IMG/VR virus record: IMGVR_UViG_2563366964_000008
Span: 1-32,667 of that record
Origin: a virus
Taxonomy: Duplodnaviria; Heunggongvirae; Uroviricota; Caudoviricetes
Direction: 5' to 3' (one strand)
Length of the DNA: 32,667 bases
Part shown: positions 24,897 through 32,667 of the stretch, in pieces
How the letters are laid out: every line of letters begins with the position of its first letter
Numbering within the stretch: the first letter of the stretch is position 1
The notes under the pieces: generated by a model
Database searches by the model: none
What the model was told of the DNA's origin: nothing
The model's input: the letters and a program-made list of their open reading frames with translations, nothing else
Translations under genes and position numbers: made by a program

Positions 24897-26225
24897 ATGA
24901 CGTGGAAAGACAGACTTCAGGACGCGTCATTTCGCGGTGTGCCGTTTAAGGTTGAAGAAGAAAGTGCGGGAACCGGTCGTCGTGTGGAAACGCACGAATA
25001 CCCGAACCGCGACAAACCCTATACCGAAGACCTGGGGAAAATCACTTTCCGCCCGTCCATCACAGCTTATGTGGTGGGAGATGACTGCTTTGACCAGCGC
25101 GATCGCCTGATTGACGCGCTGAATAAACCCGGTCCCGGCACGCTTGTCCATCCGACTTACGGTGAGCTGAAAGTCTGTGTTGACGGGGAAGTTCGGGTCA
25201 GCACATCGAAGAGTGAAGGGCGTATTGTCCGCTTTGACCTGAAGTTTGTCGAAGCGGGAGAACTCTCTTACCCCACTTCAGGTGCGGCGACGGCGCAGAC
25301 GCTGATGTCATCCTGTTCTGCACTGGATGACTGCATCAGTGACAGCTTCAGTGGTTTCAGTATCGATGGCGTGGCAGATTTTGTGCAGAACGACGTCGTC
25401 GGTAATGCCAGCACAATGCTTGGGTATGTTTCTGATGCGATGAAAGTGGTGGATTCTGCCGTATCGGATGCCGCCAGGCTGTTGCAGGGGGATATCTCGG
25501 TACTTCTGCCGCCACCATCGTCAGGCAAAAATTTCGTTGAGCAGGTGCAGAAAATGTGGCGTACCGGGAAACGCCTTTATGGTAACGCCAGCGACCTGGT
25601 CACCATGATCAAAACGCTTTCCGGTGTCAGCCTCGGCAGCGATCTGCAACCGCGCGGCGTCTGGAAAACGGACAGTAAAACTACCGCCACGGCGACGCAG
25701 CAGCGTAACGTGGTTGCCAGCACCCTTCGTACGACCGCAATCAGCGAAGCGGCGTATGCCGTCACACGATTGCCTGCGCCCACAACTTCCGCGGTGATGC
25801 AGAATGCCACAGTGGGGCCGTCAACAACACCCGCGCAGAGTACCGGCTGGCCTTCTGTCACGCATCCGGCACTGAACAATGCACCGGCGGTGAAAAACAC
25901 GGTTGACCTGCCAACGTGGGAAGAACTGACCGACATTCGCGACACACTGAATACGGCAATTGATAAGGAGTTGTCCCGTACAACCAGTGATGCGCTGTTT
26001 CTGGCGCTGCGCCGGGTGAAAGCAGATCTGAATGCGGATATCAACACGCGCCTTGAACAGTCTGCACGGATCATTCAGCGCACGCCGGATGAGGTTTTAC
26101 CCGCGCTGGTGCTGGCGGCGACCTGGTTTGATAACGCGGCGCGTGACGCGGACATTATCCGGCGTAATGCCATTACGCATCCCGGCTTTGTGCCGGTGAT
26201 CCCTCTGAAGGTGCCAGTGCAATGA
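24897..26225 (+). CDS. DNA circularisation protein N-like (Mu gp43-like) tail/baseplate protein
   Basis: N-terminus WKDRLQDASFRGVPFKVEEE...HEYPNRDKPYTEDLG matches the recalled DNA_circ_N pattern; GGAG Shine-Dalgarno before the ATG at 24897 (track start 24855). Confidence 0.7.
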   Translation: MTWKDRLQDASFRGVPFKVEEESAGTGRRVETHEYPNRDKPYTEDLGKITFRPSITAYVVGDDCFDQRDRLIDALNKPGPGTLVHPTYGELKVCVDGEVRVSTSKSEGRIVRFDLKFVEAGELSYPTSGAATAQTLMSSCSALDDCISDSFSGFSIDGVADFVQNDVVGNASTMLGYVSDAMKVVDSAVSDAARLLQGDISVLLPPPSSGKNFVEQVQKMWRTGKRLYGNASDLVTMIKTLSGVSLGSDLQPRGVWKTDSKTTATATQQRNVVASTLRTTAISEAAYAVTRLPAPTTSAVMQNATVGPSTTPAQSTGWPSVTHPALNNAPAVKNTVDLPTWEELTDIRDTLNTAIDKELSRTTSDALFLALRRVKADLNADINTRLEQSARIIQRTPDEVLPALVLAATWFDNAARDADIIRRNAITHPGFVPVIPLKVPVQ

Positions 26226-27301
26226 ACGACAATGTCACGCTACGGGTAAATGGCCGGGAGTGGAATGGCTGGACATCGGTGCGCATCGGTGCCGGTATTG
26301 AACGGCTGGCGCGGGATTTCAGTGTGGAGATCACCCGCCAGTGGCCGGGAGATGAGGGTATCACCACGCTTCAGCCGCGCATTAAAAACGGTTCAAAAGT
26401 GGAAGTGCTGATTGGTGATGAGCTGGTGATCACCGGCTGGGTGGAGGCGACTCCCGTTCGTTACGATGCCCGTTCGGTCAGCACCGGTATTGCCGGACGT
26501 AGTCTGACGGCTGACCTGATTGACTGTGCAGCCGAACCGACACAGTTTAACGGACGCTCGCTGGTGCAGATTGTGCAGGCGCTTGCTGCGCCTTTTGGCA
26601 TTGAGGTGGTGAACAGCGGTGCGCCGTCGGGTGTTATTCCTGATGTTCAGCCTGATCACGGTGAAACGGTGATTGAGGTAATCAACAAAATACTCGGTCA
26701 GCAGCAGGCGCTGGCTTACGACGACCCGCACGGCAGGCTGGTGATTGGCGGTATTGGCTCAACGCGGGCACATACCGCGCTGGTACTTGGGGAAAACATC
26801 CTTTCCTGTGATACGGAGAAGAGTATCCGGGAGCGGTTTTCTGTTTACCAGGTGGCGGGGCAGCGTGCCGGAAACGACGATGATTTCGGTGAGGCCACCA
26901 CCACCGCGCTGCGGGCCCGCACAGAGGACGCATTTATTGCCCGTTACCGTCCGATGTATATCAGGCAGACAGGGCAGGCCACGGGGGCAGGCTGTATTGC
27001 GCGTGCTGACTTTGAAGCCCGACAACGGGCGGCGCGGACGGATGAAACCACCTATGTGGTGCAGGGCTGGCGACAGGGTAACGGTACGCTGTGGCAGCCC
27101 AACCAGCGGGTGATTGTCTTCGATCCGGTCTGTGGTTTCGACAATACCGAACTGCTTGTTTCGGAAGTCACGTTTACTCAGGACCAGAACGGAACCCTGA
27201 CGGAAATCCGTGTCGGCCCGCCTGATGCTTATCTGCCTGAACCCGAAGATCCCGGCGCGCGGAAAAAGAAAAAAGCCAGAGTACAGGAGGACCCGTTCTG
27301 A
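26222..27301 (+). CDS. Baseplate hub protein (Mu P-like / P2 D-like)
   Basis: 359-aa ORF in conserved Mu-type order. Confidence 0.7.
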   Translation: MNDNVTLRVNGREWNGWTSVRIGAGIERLARDFSVEITRQWPGDEGITTLQPRIKNGSKVEVLIGDELVITGWVEATPVRYDARSVSTGIAGRSLTADLIDCAAEPTQFNGRSLVQIVQALAAPFGIEVVNSGAPSGVIPDVQPDHGETVIEVINKILGQQQALAYDDPHGRLVIGGIGSTRAHTALVLGENILSCDTEKSIRERFSVYQVAGQRAGNDDDFGEATTTALRARTEDAFIARYRPMYIRQTGQATGAGCIARADFEARQRAARTDETTYVVQGWRQGNGTLWQPNQRVIVFDPVCGFDNTELLVSEVTFTQDQNGTLTEIRVGPPDAYLPEPEDPGARKKKKARVQEDPF

Positions 27302-27849
27302 TGAGGGCGATTGAAACCATACAGCGACAACTTCTCGGCCTGATTGGGCGGGCAGTGGTGAAAAGCATCAGTGCCGCCACGAAATGTCAGACCGTGGATG
27401 TGTCCCTGATTGCCGGTGAACCCAAAGCCGGGGTTGAACATCTTGAACCCTACGGTTTTACCGCAAGGGCAAACAGCGGTGCGGAAGCGGTGGTGTTGTT
27501 TCCGGATGGCGACCGTTCTCATGCGGTGGTTGTTACGGTGTCGGACCGGCGCTACCGCCTGAAAGGGCTGCAGACGGGTGAGGTGGCGGTCTATGACGAT
27601 CAGGGGCAGTCCGTGACGCTGACCCGGGAGGGGATCGTGGTGGACGGTGCAGGTAAAACGATCACGTTTCGCAATTCACCTGAAGCACGTTTTGAAATGG
27701 ACCTGGAAGTGACCGGACAGGTGAAAGACCTGTGCGACTCCGGCGGCACCACCATGTCAGCGATGCGGCTTGCCTATAACGGGCATCGTCACAGAGAGAA
27801 CGGTCAGGGCAGTAACACCGACAAACCTGATAAAGCGATGGAGGCATGA
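27301..27849 (+). CDS. Baseplate assembly protein V (spike)
   Basis: 182-aa ORF; gpV-like pattern; conserved position. Confidence 0.75.
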   Translation: MRAIETIQRQLLGLIGRAVVKSISAATKCQTVDVSLIAGEPKAGVEHLEPYGFTARANSGAEAVVLFPDGDRSHAVVVTVSDRRYRLKGLQTGEVAVYDDQGQSVTLTREGIVVDGAGKTITFRNSPEARFEMDLEVTGQVKDLCDSGGTTMSAMRLAYNGHRHRENGQGSNTDKPDKAMEA

Positions 27850-28271
27850 TGGAACTGTGGCTGACGGTGAACGGTAAACGCACCTGCGCCAGCGCACCGC
27901 TGGATCCGCTGACCCGCGCCGTGGTGATTTCCCTGTTTACCTGGCGGCGGGCGGAGCCTGATGACAACGCCGACGTCCCGATGGGATGGTGGGGGGATAC
28001 CTGGCCTGCGGTACAGAATGACCGTTACGGCTCCCGGCTGTGGCTGCTTCAGCGCAGCAAACTGACCAATCAGCTGGTGCAGACGGTAAGGGGATATATC
28101 CGCGAATGCCTGCAATGGATGACTGATGACGGCGTGGTGTCCCGTATTGATCTGGATATCCGCCGCACCGGGATTAATGAACTGGGTAACAGTATCACTC
28201 TCTGGCGTCGTGACGGACCGGTAATGATTTCTTTTGATGATCTGTGGAGTGCGATAACGCATGGCGGATAG
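27846..28271 (+). CDS. GP46-family baseplate protein (gp25/W-like)
   Basis: 141-aa ORF; conserved position. Confidence 0.7.
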   Translation: MMELWLTVNGKRTCASAPLDPLTRAVVISLFTWRRAEPDDNADVPMGWWGDTWPAVQNDRYGSRLWLLQRSKLTNQLVQTVRGYIRECLQWMTDDGVVSRIDLDIRRTGINELGNSITLWRRDGPVMISFDDLWSAITHGG

Positions 28272-29319
28272 TGAATTTCAGCGCCCGACGCTGGCAGAAA
28301 ATATCAGTATGCTCCGTAACGATTTATTCGCCAGGCTGGACGTCAGCGACACGCTCCGGCGCATGGATGAAGACGTGCGGGCAAAGGTGTATGCGGCGGC
28401 GCTGCATACGGTTTACGGTTACATCGATTATCTGGCAATGAACATGCTGCCTGACCTGTGCGATGAGTCCTGGCTGGCGCGACATGCTGCGATGAAACGG
28501 TGTCCGCGCAAGGGGGCCACTGCTGCCAGCGGGTATATGCGCTGGGAAGGTGTCAGCGATGGGCTGAAGGTGACCGCCGGGAGTGTTATTCAACGCGATG
28601 ACCTGGTTCAGTACACGGCAACTGCCGATGCAACCAGCTCCGGTGGTGTCCTGCGCGTGCCGATCGCCTGCTCAAGTGCAGGTGCGGTCGGTAACGCTGA
28701 CGACGGTACGTCATTAATCCTGGTCACGCCGGTGAATGGTCTGCCGTCTTCCGGTGTGGCAGATACCCTGACTGGCGGATTCGATACTGAAGATCTGGAA
28801 ACGTGGCGCGCCCGCGTCATTGAGCGATATTACTGGACGCCTCAGGGCGGGGCTGACGGGGACTATGTTGTCTGGGCTAAAGAAGTGCCCGGCATTACCC
28901 GCGCATGGACATACCGACACTGGATGGGAACGGGGACTGTCGGTGTGATGATTGCCGGCAGTGACCTGATTAATCCCATTCCGGAAGAATCAACGGAAAC
29001 GGCGGCAAGACAACATATCGGGCCACTGGCCCCGGTGGCAGGCTCTGATTTGTATGTGTTCAGGCCGGTGGCACATACGGTGGATTTTCATATCCGTGTG
29101 ACGCCGGACACACCGGAAATACGGGCTGCCATTACCGCGGAGTTGCGTTCGTTCCTGCTGCGTGATGGTTATCCGCAGGGAGAACTGAAGGTATCGCGTA
29201 TCAGTGAGGCGATTTCCGGTGCGAACGGGGAATACAGCCATCAGTTGCTTGCACCGGCAGACAATATCTCCATTGCAAAAAATGAACTGGCGGTACTGGG
29301 GACGATTTCATGGACGTGA
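28261..29319 (+). CDS. Baseplate J-like protein (Mu gp47-like)
   Basis: 352-aa ORF; conserved position and size. Confidence 0.85.
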   Translation: MADSEFQRPTLAENISMLRNDLFARLDVSDTLRRMDEDVRAKVYAAALHTVYGYIDYLAMNMLPDLCDESWLARHAAMKRCPRKGATAASGYMRWEGVSDGLKVTAGSVIQRDDLVQYTATADATSSGGVLRVPIACSSAGAVGNADDGTSLILVTPVNGLPSSGVADTLTGGFDTEDLETWRARVIERYYWTPQGGADGDYVVWAKEVPGITRAWTYRHWMGTGTVGVMIAGSDLINPIPEESTETAARQHIGPLAPVAGSDLYVFRPVAHTVDFHIRVTPDTPEIRAAITAELRSFLLRDGYPQGELKVSRISEAISGANGEYSHQLLAPADNISIAKNELAVLGTISWT

Positions 29320-29894
29320 CAAACGATGATTACATCCGTCTGTTGTCGGCACTGTTGCCCCCCGGTCCGGCGTGGTCAGCCAGCGATCCGGCGATTGCCG
29401 GTGCGGCACCGTCATTAACCCGCGTTCATCAGCGTGCGGATGCCCTGATGCGGGAGCTGGATCCGCGCACCACCAATGAACTGATAAACCGCTGGGAGCG
29501 TCTGTGCGGTCTGCCGGATGAATGTATTCCCGCAGGGACACAGACCCTTCGCCAGCGTCAGCAACGGCTGGATGCGAAGGTTAACCTGGCGGGCGGCATC
29601 AACGAGGATTTTTATCTTGCACAGCTTGCTGCCCTGGGCAGACCGGATGCCACCATCACGCGATACGACAAAAGCACGTTCACCTGCTCATCGGCCTGTA
29701 CTGACGCGGTGAACGCGCCTGAATGGCGGTATTACTGGCAGGTCAACATGCCAGCCGCCACCAACACCACCTGGATGACATGTGGCGATCCCTGTGATTC
29801 CGCACTGCGTATCTGGGGCGACACCGTTGTCGAATGTGTGCTTAACAAACTCTGCCCGTCGCATACCTACGTAATTTTTAAATATCCGGAGTAA
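29310..29894 (+). CDS. Mu gp48-like tail protein (DUF2313 / YmfQ-like)
   Basis: 194-aa ORF preceding the tail-fibre gene; Cys-containing C-terminus. Confidence 0.7.
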   Translation: MDVTNDDYIRLLSALLPPGPAWSASDPAIAGAAPSLTRVHQRADALMRELDPRTTNELINRWERLCGLPDECIPAGTQTLRQRQQRLDAKVNLAGGINEDFYLAQLAALGRPDATITRYDKSTFTCSSACTDAVNAPEWRYYWQVNMPAATNTTWMTCGDPCDSALRIWGDTVVECVLNKLCPSHTYVIFKYPE

Positions 29895-29897
29895 TCC

Positions 29898-30680
29898 ATG
29901 CATCGTATAGACACGAAAACCGCGCAGAAGGATAAGTTCGGCGCGGGTAAGAACGGTTTTACCCGTGGTAACCCCCAGACCGGCACGCCTGCCACCGATC
30001 TGGATGATGACTACTTTGACATGTTGCAGGAAGAGCTTTGTGGCGTGGTGGAGGCATCCGGTGCCAGCCTGGAGAAGGGGCGAAACGACCAGTTGCTTAC
30101 CGCGCTTCGTGCGCTGCTGTTAAGCCGCAAGAATCCGTTTGGTGATATCAAATCGGATGGCACGGTGAAAACGGCTCTCGAAAACCTTGGTTTGGGAGAA
30201 GGCTCAGCATTACCCGTTGGTGTGCCTGTTCCGTGGCCTTCAGCCACTCCGCCAACAGGCTGGCTGAAATGCAACGGAGCAGCTTTTTCTGCTGAAGAAT
30301 ACCCGGAACTGGCAAAGGCTTATCCGACAAATAAATTACCTGATTTACGCGGTGAGTTTATTCGTGGCTGGGATGACGGACGTGGAGTGGATAACGGAAG
30401 GGGATTATTAACGCTTCAGGACGGTGCGATTGTCAGTCATAACCACTATTGGGGAATCTGGACTTCACGAACTAACGACCAGACTCTGGGAAGTTTTACA
30501 GGCACCACGATTTTAAAACAAATCACGCCCCTGTCTCCGGCCATTGACTTCGATAATTACCCAATTCCCAACCCGGCTATTACAGAGGGTGGTGTTGTTG
30601 CGGCAACGACTAAACCTGCAGGTGCGAATGAAACACGCCCACGAAATGTCGCTTTTAACTATATTGTGAGGGCTGCATAA
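29898..30680 (+). CDS. Tail fibre protein: constant N-terminal part (to about 30187) fused to the currently expressed variable C-terminal segment
   Basis: 260-aa ORF; contains the crossover site 30175..30200 in-frame; followed by a tail-fibre assembly gene. Confidence 0.8.
   Translation: MHRIDTKTAQKDKFGAGKNGFTRGNPQTGTPATDLDDDYFDMLQEELCGVVEASGASLEKGRNDQLLTALRALLLSRKNPFGDIKSDGTVKTALENLGLGEGSALPVGVPVPWPSATPPTGWLKCNGAAFSAEEYPELAKAYPTNKLPDLRGEFIRGWDDGRGVDNGRGLLTLQDGAIVSHNHYWGIWTSRTNDQTLGSFTGTTILKQITPLSPAIDFDNYPIPNPAITEGGVVAATTKPAGANETRPRNVAFNYIVRAA
30175..30200. repeat. Invertase crossover site 1 (CTCTCGAAAACC-TT-GGTTTGGGAGAA), inside the tail-fibre gene
   Basis: 26-bp site with a 2-bp core; 15-nt inverted identity (TTGGTTTGGGAGAAG) with site 2. 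Confidence 0.65.
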
Positions 30681-31282
30681 TGAATAACGCAGAATTAAAC
30701 AGTGAATTAATTGCCACTATGGCAGGAGAAATTACTGTTTATAACTTTGACGTCATGAGTCGGGAGTATATTTCAGCTTCAACTGAATATCTTGCTGTTG
30801 GTGTCGGCATTCCGGCATATTCCTGTTTAGATGCTCCAGGCACCTACAAAGCTGGTTATGCAATCTGCCGCTCTGCAGATTTTAACTCATGGGAATATGT
30901 ACCAGACCATCGCGGTGAAATCGTCTATAACACCGAAACGGGAGACGCCAAAGAAATCACAACTCCGGGTGATTACCCCGAAAAAACAACCACTATCGCC
31001 CCGTTAACGCCATACGATAAATGGGATGGTGAGAAATGGGTGACGGATACTGAGACACAGCATAGCGCCGCAGTAGACGCGGCAGAAGCACAACGTCAGT
31101 CACTGATTGATACTGCAATGGCTTCCATTAGTCTGATTCAACTGAAATTGCAGGCCGGGCGGAAGCTGATGCAGGCAGAGACCACCCGACTTAACACTGT
31201 GCTGGATTACATTGACGCGGTGACGGCAACAGATACCAGTACCGCGCCGGATGTCATCTGGCCTGAACTGCCGGAGGAGTAG
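30680..31282 (+). CDS. Tail-fibre assembly protein (U-like), expressed orientation
   Basis: 200-aa ORF immediately after the fibre gene (ATGA-type overlap). Confidence 0.8.
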   Translation: MNNAELNSELIATMAGEITVYNFDVMSREYISASTEYLAVGVGIPAYSCLDAPGTYKAGYAICRSADFNSWEYVPDHRGEIVYNTETGDAKEITTPGDYPEKTTTIAPLTPYDKWDGEKWVTDTETQHSAAVDAAEAQRQSLIDTAMASISLIQLKLQAGRKLMQAETTRLNTVLDYIDAVTATDTSTAPDVIWPELPEE

Positions 31283-31685
31283 GCCATTCAATATCTGGCG
31301 CACTGGAAGTATCGACCAGTTCCAGTGCGTCCAGATAATCCAGCCACAAATTATATTGCGCCAGTTCCTCACCTTTCAGACGACCAATCGCCGCTTTACC
31401 AGGCCATTGTTTACTGTTCATGTATTCGTTGGCCTGATTAACTAATCGCTGTTTATTTGATTCAGCGATTGAGATTAATTCTTCGCTGGTAAGTGGTGGC
31501 GCATCCTGCCATGCTGGAAAACCATTTTTATCTGAACCAAGTATTTTACCATCAGGCCATGCAACTCCTGCGAACTCAGAATAAATAGTAAAGTTTATTT
31601 TCGTAGCGTTCTCAGGAATGGTTTGGCTATCTGGTGAAATATAAAATCCCGAATCAGAGGGATTAAAATAATATGTCTTTTCCAT
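31254..31685 (-). CDS. Alternative tail-fibre assembly protein (U'-like), silent orientation
   Basis: 143-aa minus-strand ORF; C-terminal motif (DTSSAPDIEWPTPP) parallels the plus-strand assembly protein (DTSTAPDVIWPELP). Confidence 0.75.
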   Translation of the reverse strand: MEKTYYFNPSDSGFYISPDSQTIPENATKINFTIYSEFAGVAWPDGKILGSDKNGFPAWQDAPPLTSEELISIAESNKQRLVNQANEYMNSKQWPGKAAIGRLKGEELAQYNLWLDYLDALELVDTSSAPDIEWPTPPAVQAR

Positions 31686-31687
31686 AG

Positions 31688-32086
31688 TTAATACCCCACA
31701 GCCATCCAGTAAATTGAATTTGTTGTAGCAGAAGTGTAAGTAAATCTGATTTTAGTTCTGTTGGTACTTCCAATATCAAAGCCCACAGAACGGGCAGAAG
31801 GATCATTAGTTGAAATAAGAGCGTTTACCGAACGACAAGCAGCAGGGAAAGCTACAGGTAATGTTATATCAACTGTTCCAACACTTCCTCCGGTTGGTGA
31901 GACATAAAAACTCCCCCATTGAATAATCATCCCCCCAGGTAATTTCTGGTATCCATTGGCGGTCAATGAGTTACCAAAGCTGTTCATATCCGGTACCTGA
32001 TTTTCTCCTGTCCCCACATTCCTCTTTGCCGCTTCTCCCAAACCAACGTTTATGAAAATGCAGAAATAACGAGCAAATGGCATCAT
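31688..32086 (-). CDS. Alternative tail-fibre variable C-terminal segment (Sv'-like), promoterless until inversion; the functional part begins at the crossover site (about 32045)
   Basis: Minus-strand ORF in the same frame, relative to the shared repeat, as the constant part of the fibre gene. Confidence 0.7.
   Translation of the reverse strand: MMPFARYFCIFINVGLGEAAKRNVGTGENQVPDMNSFGNSLTANGYQKLPGGMIIQWGSFYVSPTGGSVGTVDITLPVAFPAACRSVNALISTNDPSARSVGFDIGSTNRTKIRFTYTSATTNSIYWMAVGY
32033..32058. repeat. Invertase crossover site 2 (TTCTCCCAAACC-AA-CGTTTATGAAAA), upstream of the invertase gene
   Basis: Inverted copy of site 1; 55 nt upstream of the invertase ATG. Confidence 0.65.
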
Positions 32087-32112
32087 TCCTGCTTTTGTCA
32101 GGGAGATCTACC

Positions 32113-32667
32113 ATGCTTATTGGCTATGTACGTGTGTCAACAAATGACCAGAACACAGATCTACAACGTAATGCGCTGAACTGTGCAGGATGCGAGCTGA
32201 TTTTTGAAGACAAGATAAGCGGTACAAAGTCCGAAAGGCCGGGACTGAAAAAACTGCTCAGGACATTATCGGCAGGTGATACGCTGGTGGTCTGGAAACT
32301 GGACCGACTGGGGCGCAGTATGCGGCATCTTGTCGTGCTGGTGGAGGAGTTGCGCGAACGAGGCATCAACTTTCGTAGTCTGACGGATTCAATTGATACC
32401 AGTACCCCAATGGGGCGCTTTTTCTTTCATGTGATGGGTGCCCTGGCTGAAATGGAGCGTGAACTGATTGTTGAAAGAACAAAAGCTGGACTGGAAGCTG
32501 CTCGCGCACAGGGACGAATTGGTGGACGTCGTCCCAAACTTACACCAGAACAATGGGAACAGGCCGGACGATTAATTGCATCAGGAGTTCCTCGCCAGAA
32601 GGTGGCGATTATCTATGATGTTGGTGTGTCAACTTTGTATAAGAGGTTTCCTGCAGGGGATGAATAA
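32113..32667 (+). CDS. pin: Serine DNA invertase (Gin/Pin/Hin/Cin family)
   Basis: N-terminus MLIGYVRVSTNDQNTDLQRNAL with catalytic Ser and a C-terminal HTH, matching recalled Gin/Pin sequences; the ATG at 32113 is preferred over the track start 32077. Confidence 0.9.
   Translation: MLIGYVRVSTNDQNTDLQRNALNCAGCELIFEDKISGTKSERPGLKKLLRTLSAGDTLVVWKLDRLGRSMRHLVVLVEELRERGINFRSLTDSIDTSTPMGRFFFHVMGALAEMERELIVERTKAGLEAARAQGRIGGRRPKLTPEQWEQAGRLIASGVPRQKVAIIYDVGVSTLYKRFPAGDE

Larger units (their letters stand above)
30187..32046. mobile_element. Invertible tail-fibre host-range segment (G/C/P-segment-like), about 1.86 kb
   Basis: Bounded by inverted crossover sites; contains two convergent variable-fibre and assembly gene sets; adjacent invertase gene. 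Confidence 0.65.
1..32667. mobile_element. Temperate prophage with mosaic modules: lambdoid early and lysis regions, HK97-type head, Mu-type contractile tail, invertible tail-fibre segment. The integrase is at the left edge, so the attachment site lies outside the window.
   Basis: Gene content and order across the whole window; recalled signatures of integrase, cI, R endolysin, terminase, HK97 capsid, Mu sheath and Gin/Pin invertase. Confidence 0.85.

Noticed and set aside
25577-26074. 165-aa minus-strand ORF inside the DNA-circularisation-like gene
   Set aside because: Antisense to a structural gene; Arg/Ser/Val-rich low-complexity translation.

Overview
This window looks like a near-complete temperate prophage of an enterobacterial host, running from the integrase (window start) to a Gin/Pin-family DNA invertase (window end). 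The order is: int/xis, an antisense accessory region, a cI/cro-type immunity switch, a replication initiator with internal iterons, a nin-like region (PerC-like regulator, RusA, KilA-N antirepressor, DUF968, Q antiterminator), a lambda-type lysis cassette (holin, R transglycosylase, Rz/Rz1), HNH plus small/large terminase, an HK97-type head module, a Mu-type contractile tail and baseplate, and an invertible tail-fibre segment. The strongest candidate for an undescribed system is an AT-rich two-gene cassette at 8966..10294 on the minus strand, inserted antisense between Q and the lysis genes with its own near-consensus sigma70 promoter. It encodes a 273-aa soluble protein followed by a 160-aa protein with four hydrophobic segments, an architecture reminiscent of RexA/RexB-type abortive-infection pairs, but I recognise no motif in either protein. 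Two further single-gene accessory candidates sit at 11955..12464 and 1723..2157. All calls rest on reading the sequence and recalled family signatures; no database search or computation was run, so homology statements are recollection-based and coordinates of short motifs may be off by a base or two.
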